Assembly: GCA_045046875.1 (NCBI GenBank)
Contig: JASFYY010000008.1
Span: 10,701 to 74,700, forward strand
DNA from: Verrucomicrobiota bacterium
GTDB taxonomy: Bacteria > Verrucomicrobiota > Verrucomicrobiia > Verrucomicrobiales > DEV007
Direction: 5' to 3'
DNA length: 64,000 nucleotides
This document shows, piece by piece, positions 19,399 through 28,571 of the stretch. Made by a program: the position numbers and the translations under genes. Each line of letters begins with the position of its first letter. Within the stretch, counting starts at the first letter, position 1. The notes under the pieces were generated by a model. The model was given only the letters and a program-made list of their open reading frames with translations. It made no database searches and was not told the DNA's origin.

Positions 19399-22300
19399 TC
19401 ACTGGCAAGCTTCGCATTCTTCGCCATTCCGCATCGCTTCAATGCTGCAGGCCATTTTTTCTTCTTCGCTGTATTGCTTCTCGCCCATCACTCCACGCAC
19501 ATCTTTTTGCACTTTGGTGGTGGCTTTCTCGACATTGGACGCTTGCAGGGTGCGCAAGTAATACGTCGTTTTCAAACCCTGGTGCCATGCGGCACGATAC
19601 ATGTGAGACATGCTTTTAAGGTCTGGAGTATTCAAGAATAAATTCACCGACTGCGATTGATCGATCCATTTCTGACGGCGAGCCGCCGAGTCAATAAACC
19701 AAGAGTATTCAATGGAAAATGCCGTGGCGTATTTTTTCTTCAAATCCGCAGGGATCTCATCGATGTCAGCAAGCTCTCCATCATAATACTTCAAGCGCTC
19801 AACCATTTCCTCACCCCACAAACCCAGCTCCTTCAAATCACGCGCCAAGTATTGATTCAGTACGATAAAGTCTCCGGACAAGTTGCCTTTAACAAACAAA
19901 TTTTTGAAGGTCGGCTCGATGCAAGGCGTGCTACCCATGATATTAGAGATAGTCGCCGTAGGCGCAATCGCCAACACATTGCTGTTGCGCATGCCTTGTG
20001 AGGCGATTTTTTTCCGCAAGGCATCCCAGTCCATCTTGCTGTCACGCGGCACATCGATCACCTGTCCACGTTCTTCCTCCAACAAAGCCAGCGTATCCAA
20101 CGGCATCAGGCCACGTTGCCATTTTGAACCTTCAAAAGAAGAATAACTACCACGCTCGCCGGCCAAATCCGAAGATGCTTCGTAAGCGTAATAAGCAATC
20201 GCCTCCATGAACTCATCATTAAACTCAACCGCTTCTTGCGAGGAAAATGACGTATCACGCTGATACAGAGCATTTTGCACACCCATCACGCCGAGTCCTA
20301 TCGGGCGGTGACGACCGTTAGCCGTGCGCGCCGCTTCGGTGGGGTAAAAATTAATCCCAATCACATTATCCAAAGCACGAACAGCGATCCTCACCGTCTC
20401 CCGCAACTTGTCATGATCAAGGTTACCCTCCTCATCAAGATGCGAATCGAGCACCACCGAACCGAGATTACAAACCGCTGTCTCTTCTTCATTGGTATTC
20501 AGAGTGATCTCAGTGCACAAGTTTGAACTGTGAATAATACCCGCGTGATCCTGAGGACTGCGCACGTTGCAAGGATCCTTGAAAGTGATCCATGGATGCC
20601 CGGTTTCAAACAGCATCTTCAGCATCTTTTTCCACAAATCCACGGCCGGTATCTCACGCCCGAATATCTCACCAGCTTTGGCTTTTTCTTCATACTCCGC
20701 ATAACGCGTTTCAAAGGCTGCTCCATACAATTCATGCAAATCAGGTGTTTCGTTAGCGCGGAACAAAGTCCAGTTTTCGCGTTTTTCGAGACGCTTCATG
20801 AACAAATCGGGAATCCAGTTCGCGGTGTTCATGTCGTGCGTGCGACGACGCTCGTCACCGGTGTTTTTACGCAACTCCAAAAAGTCTTCGATGTCGTTGT
20901 GCCAGGTTTCCAAATAAGCGCAACCCGATCCACGCCGTTTACCACCTTGGTTGACTGCCACCAACTGGTCATTGTGCAACTTTAAGAACGGGATCACTCC
21001 CTGACTCTCGCCATTGGTGCCTTTGATGTATCCACCAGTGCCGCGAACAGCTGTCCAGCTTCCGCCCAAACCACCTGCCCACTTGGAAAGATAGGCATTT
21101 TCGGAAATACCACGCTGCATGATCGACTCGATGCTGTCCTCCACTTTATAGAGGTAACAAGACGACAACTGCGAATGCAAAGTGCCTGAGTTGAACAAAG
21201 TCGGTGTGGACGAACAGAAACGACGACTGCGATAGAGGTTATAAAGATCGATGATCTTGTCCTCGGCATTCTCTTCCTCGGCGATGAAAAGTCCCATCGA
21301 TACCCGCATCCAGAAAAGCTGGGGAGTTTCGATCCGGCGATGTTTGTCACCGGTTTTATCAACCACCAGATAACGATCATACAACGTCTGAATACCGAGG
21401 TAATCAAAATCCATGTCCGCTGCCGGATCAATCGCTGCTGACAACTTATCAAGATTGTAATGCGTCAGGCGCTCGCTCAAACGCTCGATCTGAATGCCTC
21501 GTGCCAGATTCGCTTTGAATGCACGGCGATGAAACATCGGCAGTTTTTCGACGCCATCCTTGATGATATCCCAACCCAAAACCTCTTCGTAAATATAAGT
21601 CAGCAGAATTCGTCCGGCGAACTTAGCAAAGTCCGCATCTTTTTCGATCAGGCTCTTGGCATTCAGCACCACCGTTTTTTGCAAGTCCTCGGTGGTCATT
21701 TCCGGAAACAAAGCCCGGCGTAGCTCATGATCAATTTCCTCAGCGCTCAAACACAAGTCGAGCCCCATCCTACCAAAGTCGATGCGCTTTTTGAGATCCG
21801 CTCCGTCCCACAAAAAAGTTTCACCATCCGGTTTTTTGACCAGAATCATCGAATCCTGTGCGTCATCGTCGATTTCCTGGGATGAAATTTCCTGCTCTTC
21901 CTGCAAGCGCTGGGCAAAACGATGCGCGCGATAAAGAATGAACGCTTCGGCTACTTTATAATGCCCTAGTTTCATCAAAGTCTCCTGCACCCGGTCCTGC
22001 AAATCCTCGATATGAATGTATTCCTGATTGTTCTTCTTGATCTGAGTCGTCAGCGCGTTCGCCACTTCGGTCGCCGCTCCTGAATCCATGTGCAGTGACA
22101 AAAAAGCACTGCGCACTGCAATCTCAATCTTGTTATGATTCCATGCCACCACTTCCCCGCTGCGACGTATCACCCGTGTTTTCACTTTACCACGTTCATT
22201 ACTGGAAGCTCCTCCTGTGATGCTCAATCCCCCGTTCGTGCCCGCACCATTTTCAGGTTTGCTCTTGCGCCGAATCACCAGACTTTTTGCCACGTCATGG

Positions 22301-22692
22301 GCGTTCTGACGGATCAACGCCCGCTCGATGATCGCCATCATTTCCTCAGCACTGGTGGTATGATCGCTAGCTTTCCCTTCCACACTTTTCACCAACTCCT
22401 TAGCCACTGACTTGGCGATGCCTGCCACCAACTGGCGATTTTCATCGCTGAAAATATTTTCCTCGTTGCGGGACAAAGCCAGATCGGTCAGCGCATTGCC
22501 CACCGTTTCTGCGATCTCAGCAATATCAAAAGCTTTGGTCTGTCCACCCACATTGACCTGCAAAAGATTGGTCGAATCATCATCCAGATCTCCGGTCACT
22601 TCACCCCATTCGAAACGAGGTTTATTTTCTTTGGGAGTCGCAGCGTAGCGCTGCAATTCAAGATCTTCTTCTACAAAATTCCGGGTAATCAT
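19399..22692 (-). CDS. nrdA: Ribonucleoside-diphosphate reductase alpha subunit with three ATP-cone-like domains
   Basis: STPTLFNSG, LSSCY, SSNLCTEI (thiyl Cys), AVCNLGS, APTATIS, KTTYYLR, C-terminal CEACQ. Start placed at MITRNF; ORF is open to 22728. Confidence 0.96.
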   Translation of the reverse strand: MITRNFVEEDLELQRYAATPKENKPRFEWGEVTGDLDDDSTNLLQVNVGGQTKAFDIAEIAETVGNALTDLALSRNEENIFSDENRQLVAGIAKSVAKELVKSVEGKASDHTTSAEEMMAIIERALIRQNAHDVAKSLVIRRKSKPENGAGTNGGLSITGGASSNERGKVKTRVIRRSGEVVAWNHNKIEIAVRSAFLSLHMDSGAATEVANALTTQIKKNNQEYIHIEDLQDRVQETLMKLGHYKVAEAFILYRAHRFAQRLQEEQEISSQEIDDDAQDSMILVKKPDGETFLWDGADLKKRIDFGRMGLDLCLSAEEIDHELRRALFPEMTTEDLQKTVVLNAKSLIEKDADFAKFAGRILLTYIYEEVLGWDIIKDGVEKLPMFHRRAFKANLARGIQIERLSERLTHYNLDKLSAAIDPAADMDFDYLGIQTLYDRYLVVDKTGDKHRRIETPQLFWMRVSMGLFIAEEENAEDKIIDLYNLYRSRRFCSSTPTLFNSGTLHSQLSSCYLYKVEDSIESIMQRGISENAYLSKWAGGLGGSWTAVRGTGGYIKGTNGESQGVIPFLKLHNDQLVAVNQGGKRRGSGCAYLETWHNDIEDFLELRKNTGDERRRTHDMNTANWIPDLFMKRLEKRENWTLFRANETPDLHELYGAAFETRYAEYEEKAKAGEIFGREIPAVDLWKKMLKMLFETGHPWITFKDPCNVRSPQDHAGIIHSSNLCTEITLNTNEEETAVCNLGSVVLDSHLDEEGNLDHDKLRETVRIAVRALDNVIGINFYPTEAARTANGRHRPIGLGVMGVQNALYQRDTSFSSQEAVEFNDEFMEAIAYYAYEASSDLAGERGSYSSFEGSKWQRGLMPLDTLALLEEERGQVIDVPRDSKMDWDALRKKIASQGMRNSNVLAIAPTATISNIMGSTPCIEPTFKNLFVKGNLSGDFIVLNQYLARDLKELGLWGEEMVERLKYYDGELADIDEIPADLKKKYATAFSIEYSWFIDSAARRQKWIDQSQSVNLFLNTPDLKSMSHMYRAAWHQGLKTTYYLRTLQASNVEKATTKVQKDVRGVMGEKQYSEEEKMACSIEAMRNGEECEACQ

Positions 22693-22777
22693 GATTTGAA
22701 TTAGGGTTACAGGTTGGGAGAGGGGCAATAAAAGGTTTAAATAAAAATGCTGGTATTAAAAATTCTGCTAATGCGGT

Positions 22778-23860
22778 TTACAATTCGTCATCGTCTACCA
22801 TGCCAAGAGCCGAGGATTTCTGATATTCGGTGACCGTTTTCTCAAAAAAGTTATTCTCTTTTTTAAGATCCATGGTTTCGGACAACCAGGGAAAAGGATT
22901 TTTCAAACCAGGATTCAGAGGTTTGAGTCCAACCCCTTCCAAGCGGCGATCCGCATTAAAATCAATATACTGACAAAATTCCTCAGCATTCAGGCCAACC
23001 GAACTGACCGGCAGGCAGTCATTGATGAAATCTTTTTCCAGATTCACCGCTTCGATCATCAGATTGGTCAATTCCCGTTTAAAATCCTCCGTCCAGATCT
23101 CTTTGTTCTCACCGATCAGATCCATCAACAGGTTTCTCAACAGCTCAATGTGATTGGACTCGTCACGCAAAGTGTAGCTAAACATCTGGCCGATACCGGG
23201 GAATTTATTCTGCCGATAAAGACTCAAGATCATTCCAAACAAGCCATAAAACTGGGTGCCCTCCATGCACTGACCGAACACAAAAATATTCTTCGCCAAC
23301 AAACGGATATTATCCGGATCCTTCATGTCCAGATCCCTACGCAAAACATGGGAAGTGCGGGTCACAAATTCATTTTTCCGACGAATCGTTTCGATCTGCT
23401 CGAACATCGCCTCACATTCATGCGGATTGATGCCCAGGCTGCTGATCATATACAGCAAACTGTCCGCATGGATATTTTCCTCATGCGCGTGACGCCCTAA
23501 TACCAGCTTCAACTCAGGAGCGGTCACCAATTCGCGGATCACATGCAAAACATTATCGCCCACGATGCCTTCCGCCGCCGAAAAATACCCGATCCCCATA
23601 CGAATGATCCAACGCTCGGCATCACTCAAGTCATCCGACTGCCACTGCTCGATATCCTTCTGCATCGGAATGTCCTCAGGCTCCCAGTGATTGGCCTTCA
23701 TCGCACTGTACAAATCATACGCCCATTGATACTTCAAAGGCAGCAAATTAAAGGTCATAGTCTTGCGGCCATTGATCACCTGCTTGGCGGCAAAAGCCTC
23801 CTCCGCCTTGGTCTGATCCAATACAAAACTCCGGTCACCAATCGTAAACGTCTTTTCCAT
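22778..23860 (-). CDS. nrdB: Ribonucleoside-diphosphate reductase beta subunit, class Ic-like (no radical Tyr)
   Basis: NHWEPEDI, FSAAEGIV, EENIHADSL, MEGTQFY, RDESNH, NFFEKTVTEY. Confidence 0.94.
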   Translation of the reverse strand: MEKTFTIGDRSFVLDQTKAEEAFAAKQVINGRKTMTFNLLPLKYQWAYDLYSAMKANHWEPEDIPMQKDIEQWQSDDLSDAERWIIRMGIGYFSAAEGIVGDNVLHVIRELVTAPELKLVLGRHAHEENIHADSLLYMISSLGINPHECEAMFEQIETIRRKNEFVTRTSHVLRRDLDMKDPDNIRLLAKNIFVFGQCMEGTQFYGLFGMILSLYRQNKFPGIGQMFSYTLRDESNHIELLRNLLMDLIGENKEIWTEDFKRELTNLMIEAVNLEKDFINDCLPVSSVGLNAEEFCQYIDFNADRRLEGVGLKPLNPGLKNPFPWLSETMDLKKENNFFEKTVTEYQKSSALGMVDDDEL

Positions 23861-24036
23861 GTAAAAATGCTGATTTAAAACTTAACTTCGTGAAATTTGC
23901 TTACTGATTTTCAGACTGAATATTATTTTCAAAAATTCTACTAATTTCCAGAATCTAATACTGCCAAAAACATCTAATAATTACATTTTTTGATCCTGAC
24001 TATAGAATATCGTCCTTTTTGTCAGTTTCACCCAAA

Positions 24037-24052
24037 ACACCATATATGGGTG
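24037..24052. promoter_or_regulatory. NrdR box 1
   Basis: ACACCATATATGGGTG fits acaCwAtATaTwGtg; upstream of nrdBA. Confidence 0.75.
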
Positions 24053-24068
24053 TCTGGCACAGTTTGTA

Positions 24069-24084
24069 ACCCAACATGTAGTGG
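24069..24084. promoter_or_regulatory. NrdR box 2
   Basis: ACCCAACATGTAGTGG, 32 bp start-to-start from box 1. Confidence 0.75.
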
Positions 24085-24283
24085 GTCGACAAGGAAAAAG
24101 TGTAGTTTTATTGAACTTTTTTTCTCCCAAAGCCGTAAATCCCTATAGGACGGCAATTTTTGCTAAGAGGTGCTCAAAATAAAGTGAGCTTAATACTCAA
24201 TTTATCCGAAATACCTGCCTCAAACAGACCTGCAAGCAGACAAATACCCGTCCAATCAGATCACCATTGAAATTCAGGAAAAA

Positions 24284-25495
24284 TCACCTGATTTTGGTCA
24301 TTCTAGGCTCCGAATTTGGATTATTGATCCTAGCCAGCTGCCCCTTTAGCCAATGCAACAGCGCCAGAAAATTCAAAGCCTGTAAAACAACAAACCCTCC
24401 CGCTGCCTTCGATAGGAAAGAGGCGAATGCCCAGGGAAAGGTCACCTTGAAACAACCTGACGCCGCCAGCCCATACGCCGCCAGCTGCAGTAAAAAAACA
24501 AGCCAATAAAACCAGGAGGTATTGAGCAGCAGCATATTGCTCAATAACAACACCAGCAACAGCACCGGCCCCAACAAGCGCAGGTAAACATGCGAGATCA
24601 ACTGCCAGGCCAGACGGTTCACCCACGGAAACATCCAGATCGGATAACGAAACATCACCTGCCATTGACCCGCCACCAGCGGAGCCTCTTTTTTGATCTC
24701 CTCCATTTGCGACCCGCTGTCCACTGCTTCCAATTGATACGCTTTAGCCGACGGAGCAAACAGCACCCGGTGGCCACCCAGAATAATTTTCATTGGTACG
24801 ATCAGTCCATCGTCCAAAACATCCTCGTCAATCGCCTCGTATGCATCACCACGCACCGCATACACCACACGCTGACAAAAAACCGTCGAAGCCAAATCGG
24901 ATTCTTTTTCCAAAACTATCTTTTCCAACTCACGAAAAACATCCAACGACACAGCAGACTCAGCTGCCCCCCCGTCCGCCTGTCCCTGTTCAAGCCAGCC
25001 GGTCACCGCGCCCACTTTTTTGTCCACAAAAGGAGCCACCAAATGGGAAACCGTATCGCTCGCAAAGCGCTGGCCCACATCAGCAAAAACCACCACCTCC
25101 CCTTTGGCTATAGCCACCGCTTGATTCAAAGCCGCCGCCCTGCCATCCTTGCCTCGCTCCAATTCAACCTCCCTCACCCACTGTCCAATACCGCCGTCTT
25201 TCACATCACCATCGGCTTCAGATTTTTCCGTAGAACCACGACCAGTGATCACCAGCACCTCAACCACTTTTTCGTAATCAGATTGCAGCAGATTTTCAAT
25301 CCGCTCCAGCACTCGTGGCTCGTCATGATCCACCACCAGCACCAAGGAAACCGACACCCTGTCGGGCACCTTTTTTGGTACCCGCGGCTTGCCTGACAGC
25401 AATTTATTGAAAAAAGAGAGGACCGCCAATAAAAACGGATAAAGCGCGTAGCTATATATAATCAGAATCAAGCTCAACCAAAATACCCACTGCAT
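24284..25495 (-). CDS. Membrane glycosyltransferase family 2-like protein with degenerate catalytic motifs
   Basis: N-terminal YSYALYPFLL TM, GRAAALNQAVAIAKGEVVVFAD, VGAVTG, and C-terminal TMs with LISHVYLRLLGP. Confidence 0.78.
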   Translation of the reverse strand: MQWVFWLSLILIIYSYALYPFLLAVLSFFNKLLSGKPRVPKKVPDRVSVSLVLVVDHDEPRVLERIENLLQSDYEKVVEVLVITGRGSTEKSEADGDVKDGGIGQWVREVELERGKDGRAAALNQAVAIAKGEVVVFADVGQRFASDTVSHLVAPFVDKKVGAVTGWLEQGQADGGAAESAVSLDVFRELEKIVLEKESDLASTVFCQRVVYAVRGDAYEAIDEDVLDDGLIVPMKIILGGHRVLFAPSAKAYQLEAVDSGSQMEEIKKEAPLVAGQWQVMFRYPIWMFPWVNRLAWQLISHVYLRLLGPVLLLVLLLSNMLLLNTSWFYWLVFLLQLAAYGLAASGCFKVTFPWAFASFLSKAAGGFVVLQALNFLALLHWLKGQLARINNPNSEPRMTKIR

Positions 25496-25524
25496 AGTTT
25501 ATTTCCTTACTTCGCTGTATTTAA

Positions 25525-26634
25525 TCAAGATAACTCCATACCTGTCAAGACTGTTTCCAATCCATGCGCTTCGCCCACCTCTTTACTAGTCAATTTTCCG
25601 GCCAGGCAATTGATGCCTCCTACCAATTCCGGACGTTGCTGACACGCCTGCTGCAAACCCTGCGTCGCCAGCAACTGAATGTAGGGCAAAGTCACATTGG
25701 TCAAAGCCTGGGTCGAAGTTCGCGCATAAGCTCCCGGCATATTCGCCACACAGTAGTGGATCACTCCCTCTTCTTCAAAAACCGGACTCTCATGCGTCGT
25801 CGGACGGGTGGTCTCCACACAGCCTCCTTGATCCACCGCGATATCCACCAACACCGTGCCTTGCCTCATACTGCGTAACATATCACGAGTCACCAGTTTG
25901 GGTGCCTTGGCTCCGGGAACCAACACCGCTCCAATCAGCAAATCTGTACGCGGCAGCAACTCCATCAAAGCGCCTTCACTCGAATACAAAGTCCGCGCAT
26001 GGGGCATCGCCGTATCCAGCCAGGTCATGCGCTGCGAATCCAATTCCAAAATAGTCGTCTCCGCTCCAATGCCCGTCGCCACTTTGGCCGCATTCACCCC
26101 GCTGGTTCCCCCACCGATGATCGTCACCCGCCCCGGCAGCACACCCGGCACGCCCCCCAGCAAAGTCCCCCGTCCGCCTTCGTGTTTGGCGAGAAAATAG
26201 GCCCCCACCATCACACTCATGCGACCCGCCACCTCACTCATCGGCTCCAGCAAAGGCAGCCGATTACCCACTTGAACCGTTTCATAAGCAATGCCCGTCA
26301 CTCCACTGGCCAGCAAAGTTTCAGTCAGTTTTTTATCCGCCGCCAAATGCAAATAAGTGAACAACATCTGCCCCTCACGCAACATTGCCACTTCCGCAGG
26401 CTGCGGCTCCTTCACTTTCACAATCAAATCCGCCCGCGCAAAAACCTCCGTCGCCGACGCCACCAACTCGGCCCCCGCAGCGACAAATTCCTCATCCAGA
26501 TAATCCGATCCCAAACCCGCACCACTTTCCACCAATACCTCCACCCCGCGCCGCGCCAACTGCCTCGCTCCAAGCGGAACCATGCCCACTCGGCTTTCTT
26601 GTTTTTTGATTTCCCTGGGAATACCGACAATCAT
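25525..26634 (-). CDS. ald: Alanine dehydrogenase
   Basis: VKVKEP, FTYLHLAA, LLEPMSEVAGR, GAKAPKLV, DIAVDQGGC, HYCVANMPGA. Confidence 0.96.
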   Translation of the reverse strand: MIVGIPREIKKQESRVGMVPLGARQLARRGVEVLVESGAGLGSDYLDEEFVAAGAELVASATEVFARADLIVKVKEPQPAEVAMLREGQMLFTYLHLAADKKLTETLLASGVTGIAYETVQVGNRLPLLEPMSEVAGRMSVMVGAYFLAKHEGGRGTLLGGVPGVLPGRVTIIGGGTSGVNAAKVATGIGAETTILELDSQRMTWLDTAMPHARTLYSSEGALMELLPRTDLLIGAVLVPGAKAPKLVTRDMLRSMRQGTVLVDIAVDQGGCVETTRPTTHESPVFEEEGVIHYCVANMPGAYARTSTQALTNVTLPYIQLLATQGLQQACQQRPELVGGINCLAGKLTSKEVGEAHGLETVLTGMELS

Positions 26635-26639
26635 TGGAT

Positions 26640-26674
26640 TAGGAGTTAGGAGTTAGAATTCAGAAGTTAGGAGA
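26640..26674. repeat. Degenerate heptamer tandem repeat (TAGGAGT-like, 5 units)
   Basis: TAGGAGT TAGGAGT TAGAATT CAGAAGT TAGGAGA between ald and the VOC gene. Confidence 0.55.
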
Positions 26675-26690
26675 TAAAATGTTATTTTTC

Positions 26691-27071
26691 CTATCTTTCG
26701 AGGATTTCCACCTCGTAGCCGTCCGGATCGGTAACAAAGGCCATTTTGTTTTTGGCTCCACTAGGAAAAGCCTCGCGCCAATCCTCCGGCCAGATTTCAA
26801 TCCCGTCTTTTTCGAGCTGGTCGCAATAAACCATAATGTCCTCCACCCCGACTGCCGTATGCATCAAATCCTCCGGCACCTCCACTTTGTAATCCGGCGA
26901 ATAACACAGCTCGAGAAAATGCTCATTGCCCTCCAGTTCCAAAAAAGCCAACTGGTTGCCAGCCGGAGATTTATCCGTGCGACGAGTGCATTCAAAACCC
27001 AGCTTGGCATAAAAAGCAATCGTCACCTCCAGATCACTGACCCGAACCCGCGTATGTAAAAATTTGATCAT
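26691..27071 (-). CDS. VOC family protein / lactoylglutathione lyase-like
   Basis: FLHTRVRVSDLE..FY, LELCY, HTAVGVED, AFVTDPDGYEVEI. Confidence 0.88.
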   Translation of the reverse strand: MIKFLHTRVRVSDLEVTIAFYAKLGFECTRRTDKSPAGNQLAFLELEGNEHFLELCYSPDYKVEVPEDLMHTAVGVEDIMVYCDQLEKDGIEIWPEDWREAFPSGAKNKMAFVTDPDGYEVEILER

Positions 27072-27185
27072 AAACCATCATTTGCCTTGCCAGGGGAAAT
27101 TGCAAGATCAGAAGCACTGAAATTCCATAATCATCCTTCCCCCCTTCATAATTTCTTGTTCAACACTCAACATTCCCAACTCCCC

Positions 27186-28346
27186 TCACTCTCCGCCCAC
27201 CTTCAGCCCACTCGGCACCCTTTCCGGCACTCTTTTATCCCAGGTCTCATCATTCAAGGCATCGAGAAAAGCCAGCACATCCTCAAAATCCTCGGCCTCC
27301 AGATGCAGATGTTTCAGCAGCGGATCAAAAGGAGGATCGGTCTCCGCACCTCCATCAATCACCTCCGCCGCCGCATCCATCAGCTTCTCATAAAAAACCA
27401 TCACTTCATCCAATGTTCGTTTTCTACCATGATGCAGGTAGGGGGCGGTATAACGCAAATTGCGTAGCGTCGGCGTTCGCATCGCTTGACGATCATCCCT
27501 GCCCGTGCCTGTCACATCAATGAAGTGCAATTTGAAATCCGAAAACATCGGCCCACCATGGCAATGCACACAACCCGCCTTCTCATAAGTCTTCAACCCT
27601 CGCAACTGTTGCGCAGTCAAGGCCATTTTGTCACCACGCATGAAGCGATCGAAAGGTGCGTTATTTGCCAATAAACTACGCTCAAAAGCAGCGATCACTG
27701 CCGCCACTTTTCCAGCTGTCACTTCACCTTCTTTTCCCTCCGGTTTCTCTTCAAAAAAAACCTTGGCAAACTTCTTTCGATACTCGTCCACCCCGCTCAC
27801 CCTTGCCACCATCCGCTCAACCGCCTGTGATTCCGGACAGTCATTGCCACGCATCTCCGCCTGCATGCGAATCGGATGAAACAGCTGCGCTTCCAGACCA
27901 CTTTCCCGTGTATCCAAAAACATCGGCGCTTTTTTTGGATCATAATCCTGACCGCTCACCAAGCCATTAAAAGCCACATTCAACAATCCCGGAGTATTCC
28001 GCACCAAGATCCCTATGCCCTCCGTTTTCACCGGTAATCGTCTTGGCCCGATCCCCTTACCACCCACGCCAAGCGGAGTCGCCCGTCCATCCGCCCAACC
28101 ATAATCCGGATGATGACAAGTCGCACAGGCCACCTTTTTTGTTGCCGATAAAATCGGATCAAAAAACAACAACCGCCCCAGTTCTACTTTTGCAGGCGTA
28201 GAAACATTATCATCCGGATCAACTGAGCGAAGCGGCAATGCCTCCAATTTCATCTCCGGCGGCGGTGGAACTTTCTGCGCCAGAACAGTCTGCGCCGTCA
28301 CCAACATAATCAGCGAGAATATTGATCCTGTTTTATGAACTCCCAT
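27186..28346 (-). CDS. Diheme cytochrome c peroxidase/MauG superfamily protein (atypical)
   Basis: LGRLLFFDPILS, CATCH, RNTPGLLN, CVHCH, RTPTLRN..TAPY; signal peptide. Confidence 0.88.
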   Translation of the reverse strand: MGVHKTGSIFSLIMLVTAQTVLAQKVPPPPEMKLEALPLRSVDPDDNVSTPAKVELGRLLFFDPILSATKKVACATCHHPDYGWADGRATPLGVGGKGIGPRRLPVKTEGIGILVRNTPGLLNVAFNGLVSGQDYDPKKAPMFLDTRESGLEAQLFHPIRMQAEMRGNDCPESQAVERMVARVSGVDEYRKKFAKVFFEEKPEGKEGEVTAGKVAAVIAAFERSLLANNAPFDRFMRGDKMALTAQQLRGLKTYEKAGCVHCHGGPMFSDFKLHFIDVTGTGRDDRQAMRTPTLRNLRYTAPYLHHGRKRTLDEVMVFYEKLMDAAAEVIDGGAETDPPFDPLLKHLHLEAEDFEDVLAFLDALNDETWDKRVPERVPSGLKVGGE

Positions 28347-28571
28347 CGCATGACCACCTTACACCGAAATGCAGCTATTCAGAATCTAATAAATCAGCAT
28401 GGATCGACAGGGTGAAAACTACATTGTGGAAACTCACCCTTTTAAAACCCTGTAGATCCGGTCCATCCATGCCAATTCTTCCTGTTTGCCGGGCCCCACA
28501 ACATAAAACCCGGACCCTTATTTTAAAATACCCTTGAATGACAGCAAATCCCCATCGACACTGCCAGCCTC

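Noticed and set aside
19399..22692. Possible intein in the unusually long NrdA
   Set aside because: Extra length is N-terminal ATP-cone repeats; the catalytic core is continuous with no Hint motifs
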